A program made the position numbers and the translations under genes. Source: Batkoa obscura (taxonomy: Eukaryota). From it: a stretch of DNA of 64,000 nucleotides. The notes beneath the pieces are model-generated. The model searched no databases, was not told the origin of the DNA, and was given only the letters and a program-made list of their open reading frames with translations. The DNA is taken from the NCBI GenBank assembly GCA_030770535.1, contig JASVEC010000022.1, forward strand, positions 62,001-126,000, given 5' to 3'. Positions 52,919 to 64,000 of this stretch are shown here, one piece after another. The stretch's first letter is position 1. Each line of letters starts with the position of its first letter.

Positions 52919-54720
52919 TTATTTTTTAATTATTGGATCTAATTGATCTAAAATAGAATTATCTATATCAAAATCCTCATCGGAATCTAATTCAATTCTA
53001 ACAGTAGAAGGTATACGTGGTAACAAATTACTATTATTAATATCTATATTGGTTGTAGAAGGTATATTATCTAATAAACTATTTTCTTTACTATTATTAA
53101 TACTATTACTATTTAATTCCATTCTTATAGTAGATGAAGTATATTGTAATGAATTAGTATTATTACTTAAATTACTATTATTTTTATTCAATTGATTTAA
53201 ACTATTATTATTATTATTATCTATAATAGAATCTCCAATTTCAATAATTTCATTCTTAGTTGAATTCATTTGAATAATGGATAAATCATTTTTAGTTAAA
53301 TCTACTGCAATTTTTGGTTTTTTTATAAACTCAGGTTGAGATCCACATTTAATTATACTATTAGGTATAAATACATCTGAGTCATCACTCGATATTAATA
53401 ATATACCACTTTCTATTAAATATATTATTAATTCAATTTAACTATTCTGTTATTATTATTATTAACCAACTTACCATCCATAGATTGATTTTTATTTACA
53501 TTATCTTAAAATAGAAATAATTAAAATATAATAAATAATTAGTAATAAATACTTACTATTTTTTATTTCATTATTATTATTATCTATTATCCTTATATCA
53601 CTTTCATCAACATCAATACTTTTAAGTGGAATATTAATAACTAAATCTGATTTACTCCTTTTCTCCCCTTGTTTTTTAGCTTTGTATTCTTGATCTAATT
53701 TATCAAAAAATTCAGGATCTAAATCATCACTACTTAAAGATAAATCAATATTATTATTATTATTCGTTGTTAATGTTTGATTTAGATTTAGATTTTGATT
53801 TAAATTATCCATTTGATTCTTCCGATTTCCTTGAAAACTATTCCTTTGTTGATTATTATTATTATTATCATTACATATTTGTTGTCTGTTTCTATCATTA
53901 TTCACTGCTTGTCTATTAATTATAATATTTTGTAGGCTATCTCCACTAGCATTAAACTGTTGACTCCTATTCACACTAACCTTTCTTTGGTTTCTGTTAA
54001 AATCATTCTCTTGTTTTCCACTTTTCTTTAATCTATCTTCAACAATTTTTCTTAATTCCATTTCCAACCTTTCCTTTAAACTAACTTGATTAAATTCCTC
54101 CACCCACCCCCCTAACAATGTAATATTTTCTGGTTTTAACATTAAACATCCTCTTTGTACTGTTACTTCTTTTAATAATATCTAATAAATCAATTCAATT
54201 ATTTATCCATTTTAAATTTCGATGATAAATCCCTTACCTTTGCTCCCAACAGCGTATCTGTGGAAATAGCCTTAATTGGCTTATATTCCAATGCACATAA
54301 TTCATGAATTCCATCGGATAATATTAATTTTAATGTTCTTGTTGATTTGATATTTTTATTCATTCCAACTTTACCCTTCCCTTTCTCAAAATTACTGCCC
54401 TCTTCCTCCTCCATTTCCATACCATTGATAACATCTAATTGTTTCATCTTACTTTTGCTTATATCCATTATGTACTTGATTTGAAATACTCTACAATCCT
54501 TAAATAACGTATCCGATTTGATTTTGCCTATTGATTTAGTTCCCCATCGTTTTAAAAATTCAGTATCTAAAGGTAATGTTGTAACTTTTAAATCCGAATT
54601 TAAAAATCGTTGATAAATGGTATTTTGATTCAAATTCAAATTAAGTTGATAAGATAACCAAGTGGGTTGTAAATCAATACCAGAAGTTTGGAATTCTTGT
54701 TGTACTTCTTCAAAACTCAT
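52919..54720 (-). CDS. RMI1: RecQ-mediated genome instability protein 1, multi-exon, Asn-rich C-terminal region
   Basis: GIDLQPTWL, QRFLNSDLK, FQIKYIMDISKS, RTLKLILSDGIHELCALEYKPI...LGAK|ILLKEVTVQRGCLMLKPENITLLGG: the RMI1 N-terminal OB fold. The 3' end is approximate. Confidence 0.87.
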
Positions 54721-55085
54721 AAAAAAATTAAAAATAAAATCCAATTTGATTATTTGATTATGATGCTTTGAACATGCTTAGAAAATTTGCAAAAATTAAG
54801 CTTGGGAACTGCAATTTCTGCAATTAGATGATGCTTTGAATCAAAATTCCAAATGGATGCTTAAAATAGCAAGTTAGATCCTAGCTAATTTAAGAAAAAA
54901 CATATCCATTGTAACTATTTATTTAAAAGTCAAATTGAAACATCAAGTGCTTTATTGACTTTGTTGCACTAATTATTCAGTATAAAATTCAGCTAAGTAT
55001 TGCGCCTTTTCCTTAGATTTGGATATTTTTTAATTTTTTTGAGTTTTAAATATTATTAGTTTATATAGTAATTAACTAATAATAA

Positions 55086-55157
55086 TTCTTCATGGTCCAG
55101 TGGTTAGGATTTTCCGCTTTCACCGGAACGGCCGGGGTTCGATTCCCCGTGAGGAAG
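55086..55157 (+). tRNA. tRNA-Glu (anticodon TTC), intronless
   Basis: Acceptor stem TTCTTCA/TGAGGAA, D-loop TCCAGTGGTTAGGA, anticodon arm TTCCG-CT TTC AC-CGGAA, T arm CGGGG-TTCGATT-CCCCG, and a T-run about 10 nt downstream. Confidence 0.95.
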
Positions 55158-55801
55158 TTAGAGAGCTTTTTGCAATAATATGACATAATTTTTTTATAAT
55201 TAATATAGCTAATATTTTGGTTTATTAATATAAAATTTTATTAAAAAGGTGTTAACTTATACTACTATTCAAAGGAGATACCGAAAAAAAGCAAGATTGT
55301 ATATTTATTTTAATTATTTGTTGTTTTAATTTAAATTTTAATGTCTCTATATATCTACTTTATTAATAATCCTTTTACAATTCATTGAAAAACATTGAAG
55401 GCGACTGTTTATATCATTTTAAAAGTAGTTCAGGCATATTATCTTCAACAGGTACATTTTTGATATATCGTGGATTTGATGAAGTGGAAAAACGTAATGA
55501 TATGTAATATTTACCTAATTAATAACAATATTTTTTATAGTTGCTAGTAATTAGGCAACTATTCCATGACATCACACCCTCGCTTTATCAAATCCATCTA
55601 GATGATATTAGATTGGTTTCTAGATACTGGAAATTTTTCATGCACACAAAACAATAGAAGTTACTAGTTGTAGCACCAGATATCTTTGATCACTAAAGAC
55701 AATGTTTATCTCAATGTTAATATTTTACATTGTTGCAGTCATTATTTGGGTGCTTTTTTACTCTCATGGAAATTCCAGAAACTTAAAAACCAACTTAATA
55801 T

Positions 55802-55900
55802 GGGGGTGTCTTTTTTGGCTTCATTATTTTTTCCATCTTTTAAGCGCTATTTGAGTGGAAAGATTGTTAGTAAAATTCTCAAACGCAAAAATACATCCTC
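55802..55900 (-). mobile_element. MITE family A copy 9
   Basis: Reverse orientation; ATAT on both sides. Confidence 0.87.
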
Positions 55901-56630
55901 ATATAACTAACAGTTAGCGTTGATCCGAAAATTTACTAATTTGCTATCTTCACAAGTTATTATAAAAGATAAAACGGCATAATGTTAATACCAATTGTCT
56001 TTAAGGTTGCTTTGAGGGGTACTAGAATGTCGGATAGTATCACCTTAAGCCTTGTTTATATTAAAATCCCGAAAGTTAGTTACTATATAGCTATATTTTT
56101 TGCATTTTCATATTGTTTCAATATAAATTACCTTTTTTAAGTGTTTTATTAACTTGCATAATTAGAGGGATTCCCAAAAAATAAATAAAGTTTATAGTTA
56201 ATTTAAATGACTTCTGATTTACTTTGCAGCGGTTTTAGTATTTAAACAGATTATCTGAATCAAGATTCAAACCCTAGTTTTTAAATTTTAATTTATTTTA
56301 AGCTAAATATTTACTCTCAAATAAAGAATTAAGCAATCCATAAGTCACTTAAACTCTATGTAAATGTTAATTTAAATTAGTTTGCTTGAATGTGATATTT
56401 TATATCAAGATTATGCATTTATGCTAATATAACTATACATAACTTGTAATGTATGAATTTTATATAGATTTATAGCTTGTTATAGCTTATTTTATTAGGC
56501 AATTGTTAATTACCTTTTTAGTTACTTTTTATAATTTTACAAGAAATTAAAACAACATAAAACAGTTATGAATGAACCATAGTGATGGTATAGTATAAAC
56601 CGCTGGAAATTATGCATACATCTTTAATAT

Positions 56631-56729
56631 GAGGATGTTTTTTTTGGTTTCATTATTTTTTCCATCTTTTAAGCACTATTTGAGCGGAAAGATTGTTAGT
56701 AAAATTCTTAAACAAAAAAATACATCCCC
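56631..56729 (-). mobile_element. MITE family A copy 10
   Basis: Reverse orientation, about 115 bp past the homeobox stop; ATAT on both sides. Confidence 0.87.
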
Positions 56730-56843
56730 ATATACTATCTCCTAAAACTACTTAACAAAGTTCTAAAATGATTAAATTAATAGTACGATTTTACACTTTA
56801 TTTGAAAAATGATTCATAAAAATAAAGTGGAAAAAAAATAGAA

Positions 56844-57374
56844 TTATAATAATAAATAACTCAAACTCATCCTTGTACATTTGGTTGAAGAAAAATGGAA
56901 AGGAGAGATATTATGATCTGTTGTATTAGAGTTTGATTCAAAATTACTTTGTGATAGTAAAGAAGGAGAAGAATTCGAGTTATTACTATTCATTTCGGGT
57001 GACAAGCTTGAGTAAAGCTTTAAGAAATAAGATGGCTCAATAGTACTTATCCATTGAAGCCCAGTATTTATTGGTATTAACTTTGTCTTTCTCTTATCTC
57101 TAGATCGTCGATTTTGAAACCAAATTTGAAATTCTCTTGGATCCATTTGTAACTGTTGTGATATATGTCTTCTCGCATCTTTACAAGGATATGGATTAAG
57201 TTTATAGATTGATTCTAATACCTTACGTCTCTCTTTTCTCAAAATTTCTCTGATATTTGTTCTTTTGCTATCATTGTTAATAGCTTTGCCATCCTTCTTT
57301 TTATTGCTGTTACTATTAAGGATGGATGAAAAACTATAAGTGTAAGCTTTGTAACTTTTGGTTGATTGTATCAT
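56844..57374 (-). CDS. Homeodomain transcription factor (Q50 type), intronless
   Basis: ERRKVLESIYKLNPYPCKDARRHISQQLQMDPREFQIWFQNRRSRDKR. Confidence 0.9.
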   Translation of the reverse strand: MIQSTKSYKAYTYSFSSILNSNSNKKKDGKAINNDSKRTNIREILRKERRKVLESIYKLNPYPCKDARRHISQQLQMDPREFQIWFQNRRSRDKRKTKLIPINTGLQWISTIEPSYFLKLYSSLSPEMNSNNSNSSPSLLSQSNFESNSNTTDHNISPFHFSSTKCTRMSLSYLLL

Positions 57375-58239
57375 ACCGTGTGATGAATAAATAATAAAAG
57401 TAATGTTTTTTTTTTAGAAGTGAGTCTTATTTTTGAGCTTAATTTATATACTTTTCTTAAAAATCCCAATTAATAATAAATCATTTTATATCATAATTTG
57501 CTTTTAGGTAACAAGATGGTGGCAACTAGAATTCTTATTTGGGCTAAAAATAGACAAAGGTTCTATTACGTGGGAGTGTTTAACTTTATACTACTAAATT
57601 ATTGTTTTCAAAGCGAACAACTATTTATTATTTTAAAACTTTAACTTTATTATTAATCCTTTTTATCTCTTGATTTGTAATTCTAAATAGTTATTTAATA
57701 ATATTACTTTTATTTGAAGTCAATATTAAAGTAGGATTTATAAAAGTATATCTATTAATAACATATTTTAAGACCTTTTGAGATATTTAATACCTTAAAT
57801 ATTGTATTGTGAAATTATTATCATAAAAAAATAGCTTTTATTTTATTTTATTAATTTAATCTTCTTAGTTTACTATTTGTGATATAAATGTTAAACAACT
57901 TTGAGTATTCATGCAGGTTCAATAATCGATGGGTATTAAGCCTTTTGGCCAGTAAAGGTAATCTGTTACATTCTTGATATAATAGTTTAATATCAACATT
58001 AATGAGTTACCCAAATAAAGCGATTAACGAGTGACTGCATGATAATAAAACTAATACTTAAAAAGTATAGGACAAAAAATTGTTTCATTTGGTTATATAA
58101 AAAAGTAATGGCTTAATTTTTATAATTAGATAAAGGAACTGTTTTTGCTATACTTACAATAAATTAAGCTATTGTTTGAAATATATTAATATTTTACATT
58201 ATCTTAATGTTATTTTTTTATAAATTTTAAAAATGATAT

Positions 58240-58338
58240 GAGGATGTTTTTTTTAGTTTCATCACTTTTTCCATTTTTCAAGCGCTATTTGAGTGAAAAG
58301 ATTGTTAGTAAAATTCTTAAACAAAAAAATACATCCCC
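58240..58338 (-). mobile_element. MITE family A copy 11
   Basis: Reverse orientation; ATAT on both sides. Confidence 0.87.
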
Positions 58339-59569
58339 ATATAGTTTATATAAATAATTGTGACTACTTTTTATCATCTAAATCTGAGATTATGTAAAAA
58401 TCAATTTTACTTATAGGTTGAGAATTGTATTAATATTTACAATAGTAAATAGCACATTATATATAACAAAAAGAATAAAAAGTAATATAATGAATACCAT
58501 TTTTGAATTGTAAAATCAAAAGCTATTATACTATGAATTATATATTACAAATTATACCTTTTTTCGAATTGTTCGAACTAAAAAAATTACAATTTGAATC
58601 ATAATTTTTTAGAGGAATGTATCAAAAAAAAGCCTTTTAAGTTCAAATGTGCCTTATTGTCAATAATTTCAATGATTAATAAGTTATGCTTTGTACATAA
58701 CTGTAGTATAAAGCCTAATTTTTAATTTTTAAATGAACGTCTAGACAGTTTACATTGAACTTAAACAACTTTGCTTTTTTAATATTTTTGATTAGCAATC
58801 AAATTTAACTCAAACATTTCGAAAAAGGTGTAATGTTTCCAATTTAAATGTAAAGTACATTAAATTTAAATTTTACAGACTAACTGCAATTATTTCATGT
58901 AAAGAAACCAAAGTAGAATGTTACTTATTTTATAGTATCATGAATTAAAGTATATATATTCTGTTTAAATTGGAAGAGTGATTTGATGACTGAAATTTTG
59001 TATTTAGTATAATTGGTCCATAATCACACTTTTAAAGTAAAAGACATGATTTACTATATTAATATAACCACTTCTGAGTTCACTCTGGACTTTTTACTTA
59101 TTTAAAGATCCTACTAATAAATTATTTGCCTTTTCTTAATATAAAAAACGAATAAATGGTACCAAAAAAGGCATCCCCATTTAATCATGTGTATGACTTA
59201 CATATTTTATGGTACCGTCTCAAAACTTTTAATCACTTATTTAGTAATTTGGATAAGTGACATATACTTAGTATGTCTTTAATTTAAAGAAAGTATGCCA
59301 ACAACATAGACTAACAAGGTTAAAGTTTTGTTTTCAAAGATAAGTCCTAAAGTGATATAAGACTGTAAGCAAACTTTATCCAGTATAGATACAGAATTTC
59401 AACATCAAGGTATTTTTATGTGAAAATAGTTTTTACTTTCACACATGATAAAACATTATATTATAACTAATGATTAGCCTTATTTTTTGCTTAGAAATTA
59501 TTTAATATTAAATACCCTGATGGCTGGGTAGCCTGAGTTTGACCCTCCCCAAACTTTGATAAAGGATAT

Positions 59570-59667
59570 GGAGGTGTTTTTTTGGTTTCATCACCTTTTC
59601 CATCTTTTAAGCGCTATTTGAGCGGAAAAATTATTATTAAAAGGCTTAAGCACAAAAATACATCCTC
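59570..59667 (-). mobile_element. MITE family A copy 12
   Basis: Reverse orientation; ATAT on both sides. Confidence 0.87.
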
Positions 59668-60492
59668 ATATGTAGCTTAAATCTTAAAAACTGTTTGGTT
59701 TAGATGCCTTTTATTTATATTATTTTAATGATTTCCGATATTGGTATTATTAAAACGTGTTGATTTTGATAAACTATTCTTTGGATATCAATATTAGCAG
59801 TATTTATATCTTTATCATGAAATCAGTTATTCATACAAATCAGTTTTCTACTTATAACAATCAAGCTCAATATAGGCTTTTAGAATATCTCGGTAAGAGA
59901 TCAAGTAAACATAGTATAAATTAACCGCTGAATTTATACACTATATATTTATTATAAAGTTTAAAAGATCTCAGTTAACTAGTAATTGTATTGATAAGTT
60001 ATTATTAAATTATATGACAATGTCCCCAACAGTCTCAAGATCTTTAATAGATATTCTTGTTTTTGGTTATAACTGCCGATTTTTACATACTTTATTCAAG
60101 TATTAAGGGAAAATAAAGCTTTTATTGTATCAGTTAATCTTGGTTCTATGATCTTAGAGATTTATTGAGTTTCGCCTACGATAAATATATCATACATCTA
60201 AACATAGAAAATTATAAGGATACTTTGCTATAGCATTGATTTTTGTTTAAAGTATTAATTATGTATATTTGATATTAAACAATAGGTGTAACCATATTGA
60301 AAGAAGTAGTTAGTTGTTAAAGAAAGTCAGATAATAGTGACCTTGTAATTAGCCAAGCGTAATTGAATAAAATTGTGTATATTAATGAATCAAACCAGAG
60401 GTTTTAATTTATAAGTCTAGATAAGACAAAAACCCATATATAGTAATAACTAAATGAAAATGATACATATTATTTATTACACATAAATATAT

Positions 60493-60586
60493 GGGGATGT
60501 ATTTTATGCTTAAGCATTTTACTAATAATTTTTCCGCTCAAATAGCGCCCAAAAGACGAAAAAGTGAAGTCAAAAAAAACGCCCTC
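60493..60586 (+). mobile_element. MITE family A copy 13
   Basis: Forward orientation; ATAT on both sides. Confidence 0.85.
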
Positions 60587-62637
60587 ATATAGTACAGTTT
60601 TATAAATTTTGTTGTAATCTAATGATTTAATGCCTTTTAGAATATTTGAAATTAAGGTTGATCGCCGGGCTATATGTATATTATTAATACCACCTCCGGA
60701 ATTTGTAGACAATGCAGTTATTCTTAAGGTCCCTAATGCCAAGGGAAGTTAATAGCCATTATTCGACGGATACCTAGACTCAATGTGTATGGAATTAGAT
60801 TAGATTGGGCTAGCTGAGATTTAAATTTAAATTATGTCATATAATTCTGTTGTTTTTACAAGGTTTATTTTTGGAAACCCATAGATTTTAACAATTTAAA
60901 TATAACTAATAAAGACAAACGATATCGTACTTATGATGTTTTTTTAAATTTTAAATTCTTGTGAGAGCCGAAGTTCTCAAGTGGTTATTTTATTAAACAA
61001 GGAAAATTATTATAATAATGAAGGGGCCACAGAAGGAGAGTTACTTTATTTAAGTATTAATATGGTATATTCAACAGAGAAATTACGTATACTTGACTTT
61101 TTTGTCTTTAAACTTTATTAAAATAGTAGACTATATAACAATTGGGTTTTTACTTATGGAATTTCTGCCAAATTGATTTCAAATAATTTAAAAATCCTCA
61201 TTTTTGCTAAAATCTTGAAAGCCAATAGGTCTCAAATATCTTTATTACTGGTAATTAAAAAGTTATGAGAAAAGAGGTAGAAGTAGGAGGGTGCAGAAAG
61301 GTGCAAAAACTAGGCTAAATTTTGGGAGAGGCATTAACAAAGAACGGTCAGCTTCTGATATGAAAAAGGGGTAAGATGCTGAGAAATATTCAGATTGGTA
61401 AAAACCAATCTAGGCATAAAAAAGAGATGCAAGTATGGGGGGAGGGTTGAGCCAAACTCTCATTTTTTCAAAATAGCTTATTTTTCAAGGATTTGTACAC
61501 AGTGGGACTGTTTTAGCTGAAATGGGTTCTGACTAACTATTTATATAGGGGTAAAAACTTAAGTGCTAAGTTTCAAATCAGTACAATAGTACAATTTATT
61601 ACAAGAATTATCCTTACAGTGCACATTTCAATTAAAATAGTTTTATAAAACTTCTTGAATTCAAATCCACATAAAATTCAACTCTTAACTCAGAGTAAGC
61701 CTTTACAAGTTAAAAAAAGCTGGTTTTGGCATTGAAAAGGGAGCTTAATTCTGAACTTCTAAAATAGGGATTCAAATATAACTTTAATTCAGGAATGGAA
61801 TTGAAAATTGCTCACTTTACAAAACTTAAAGTAACAACCCTACTACAAAAAAGCCATGCCCCCCATTAACTAGAGATTGAGGGTAGTTAAAGGTAATAGA
61901 AGGAATAATAGAATTAAGTGGGGTTTGGGATCGTATTTTAAGCTGAAACTTAGATATTTGAAACATAATGATTTTGATTACAATTGAAGATTGCTTTTAA
62001 GGCTTTTTAAAAAAAAACAGAAGATGAGTTAATGGTCTTATTTAAAGAAAAGCTAGAATCGCATCAAGCTTAATCCCATATTAAGGGAAGACATTAAATT
62101 GACAAAATTAGGATTAAATGGAACTTTAACTCAGATTAAGGAAAGCTATAAACTAAGAAAAAAATAGCCTTAATTTAAGCCATTTTGTTCAATTTATAGT
62201 TTTCAAATTTAGATGTACTAATAAACGTTTTGATTTTTTGGTTGATCCTAAAAGTATATTATAAAATATTTTGTTTATATAAAGATATACTTATGATATG
62301 ACAAAGTTCAACAATTTAATTACAGTCTATTTTATTAATCCCATAAAAGTAGTGATTTTTCATATCACGTATTGTTAAATATATATTACCATTTACTCAC
62401 TTAAATAAACACATATTTGAAGAACAATCATCACATTATTTACTACATTGAAGCCTAAACGAGTTTTATAATTAATATCATTAAATCATATTTTAATTTT
62501 AGTCATTTGCTATATAAAAGAAAGAAATTATCTGGATCATCAATAAGTGTTCAATCTACTAAAGTATATATACTATTAAAAAATTGAGAAAATCAAAATC
62601 AAAATCAAAATTGTAATTTTATTTTTATATCCAACTA

Positions 62638-63720
62638 ATGACTATCGAACCGAGTTTATCTAATAATCAAAGAGAGTTTATTTTGAAGAAAGCGACAACG
62701 AAACAGCGAATACAAATCTGGAAGAATTGCTATCAAACATGGGGCTATGGGATGAATCAAAAGGACTATTTAAAATTAGAAAAAAAGATAAGTAATTCCT
62801 CATATAGTATAAAAAATTTAGAATATTATGTGTTACAAACAGTACAATACAATAACGAGATGAATTTTTTAACACAATTAGAAACAATAAAACGACAAAC
62901 TTATTATAATCACCCTATTCATGGATTTAAAGTCATTGATTTATTATATATTGCTTCAATTATAACTCCAGAACATTTAAGAGGTTTAGGTTACGCTAGT
63001 AAAGTGTTTGAATTATTATTACCTCAATTAACAAAAATGGGCTGTTTTGGTAGTATATTATACTCGGATATTGGTAATTTTTATGAACGATATGGATACA
63101 AATTATATTCTCCTTATCAGTTAGAAATAGCATGTAATGATAATAATAAATTAATAATATTAAATAAGAATATTCATTTTTTAAACCAAACTCAAATAAT
63201 TAAATTATGTGAATGGGATAGTTTAAAGTTAGCTACGAATATTAAAAATATGAATAAATCTCAATTACCTGAAGCTGGATTATTTGCTATTGTACCAAGT
63301 ATTGATAATTATATCGGTCATTGGGAGACTTGTAAATTGCAAGCAAAGAATAAAAAGCTGCCATTACCCCAATATTATGCTGCTATGCATCAGTCCACCA
63401 CGTCTACGGATAACATTCAATTTCTAGTATGGACATATGATTTTTTTTTAAATCAACTAATCATCTTAAGACATCGTTTAACTGATGATCGTGCCTCTGA
63501 TCTTTTATATCATGCTTTATATATAGCTAATCAATTTAATATGAATAAACTGGTTGCTTGGAACCTCCCACTTGAGTTGATTAGAAATAGTTCATTAATA
63601 AATGAAGCTGTTTGGATTAAAAGAAATGAGATTTCCCTGCCTTACGCTATATTTCCGGATTTAAATCAAAAAGATCATCAGCCACATTGGTGTGAAGTTC
63701 AAAGGTATACTTGGTTTTAA
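62638..63720 (+). CDS. GNAT acetyltransferase, LYC1-like (paralogue 3)
   Basis: IASIITPEHLRGLGYASKV and ILYSDIGNFYERYGY; shares FL.WTYDF...L.ILRHR and SLPYA.FP.L..QKD..PHW...Q.Y.W with paralogue 2. Confidence 0.85.
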   Translation: MTIEPSLSNNQREFILKKATTKQRIQIWKNCYQTWGYGMNQKDYLKLEKKISNSSYSIKNLEYYVLQTVQYNNEMNFLTQLETIKRQTYYNHPIHGFKVIDLLYIASIITPEHLRGLGYASKVFELLLPQLTKMGCFGSILYSDIGNFYERYGYKLYSPYQLEIACNDNNKLIILNKNIHFLNQTQIIKLCEWDSLKLATNIKNMNKSQLPEAGLFAIVPSIDNYIGHWETCKLQAKNKKLPLPQYYAAMHQSTTSTDNIQFLVWTYDFFLNQLIILRHRLTDDRASDLLYHALYIANQFNMNKLVAWNLPLELIRNSSLINEAVWIKRNEISLPYAIFPDLNQKDHQPHWCEVQRYTWF

Positions 63721-64000
63721 TATTTATGTGTTTTTTTCAAGTTTTTAGATATTAAACAACAAACTAATAAATGTAATAAAGGTTAAATAAAATATATATG
63801 ATTAAGTTAATAAGTTAATATAATTTTAATATATAAAATAAATATAAGATTTAAAAACCGTGCATTAAATCTAAAGTAGAGATATCGTTATTATCAAAAG
63901 TAAAGCCTAAGTTTTTAGCTAATTCCTGATTTAAATAATTTTCATTATCAAATAAATTTAAATTCCAGTTTTGAAATTGATGATTATCATTATCATTGAT

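Noticed and set aside
55341..55798. Possible degraded gene downstream of tRNA-Glu (exon-like LLVIRQLFHDITPSLYQIHLDD...)
   Set aside because: Many stops and no recognisable family; it cannot be supported without a search.
59161..59182. CCAAAAAAGGCATCCCCATTT resembling a family A terminus
   Set aside because: Only ~20 bp with no body or partner end, so it was not counted as a copy.
61240..62150. Slightly G-richer stretch that might be a transposon relic
   Set aside because: I could not read an ORF, RT/transposase motif, LTR or TIR.

Overview
Very AT-rich eukaryotic DNA with short GT-AG introns, from a fungus, most likely an early-diverging (zygomycete-grade, plausibly Entomophthorales/Conidiobolus-like) lineage. 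That placement is inference from the RNase Rh-type T2 enzymes, Cts1-type chitinase, proteinase K-type subtilisins and AT content. Two kinds of genes are present. The first are mostly intron-rich housekeeping genes: RPC2/RET1, a Taf14-like YEATS-ET protein, an MCT-type MFS transporter, a DHHC palmitoyltransferase, a BAR-SH3 protein, an M18 aspartyl aminopeptidase, a Yippee protein, RMI1 and tRNA-Glu. The second are intronless, mostly duplicated accessory genes: a GH18 chitinase, 2 homeobox factors, 3 LYC1-like GNATs, an arylamine N-acetyltransferase, 2 RNase T2, a subtilisin plus a subtilisin pseudogene, and 3 small secreted proteins. Intergenic DNA holds several miniature inverted-repeat element families. 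The most prominent is a ~98-bp element in 13 copies with G-rich termini and a 4-bp target duplication (mostly ATAT). Two pseudogenes show strongly C>T/G>A-biased decay. No CRISPR, rRNA or autonomous transposase was seen. Exon boundaries were read by eye and are approximate.
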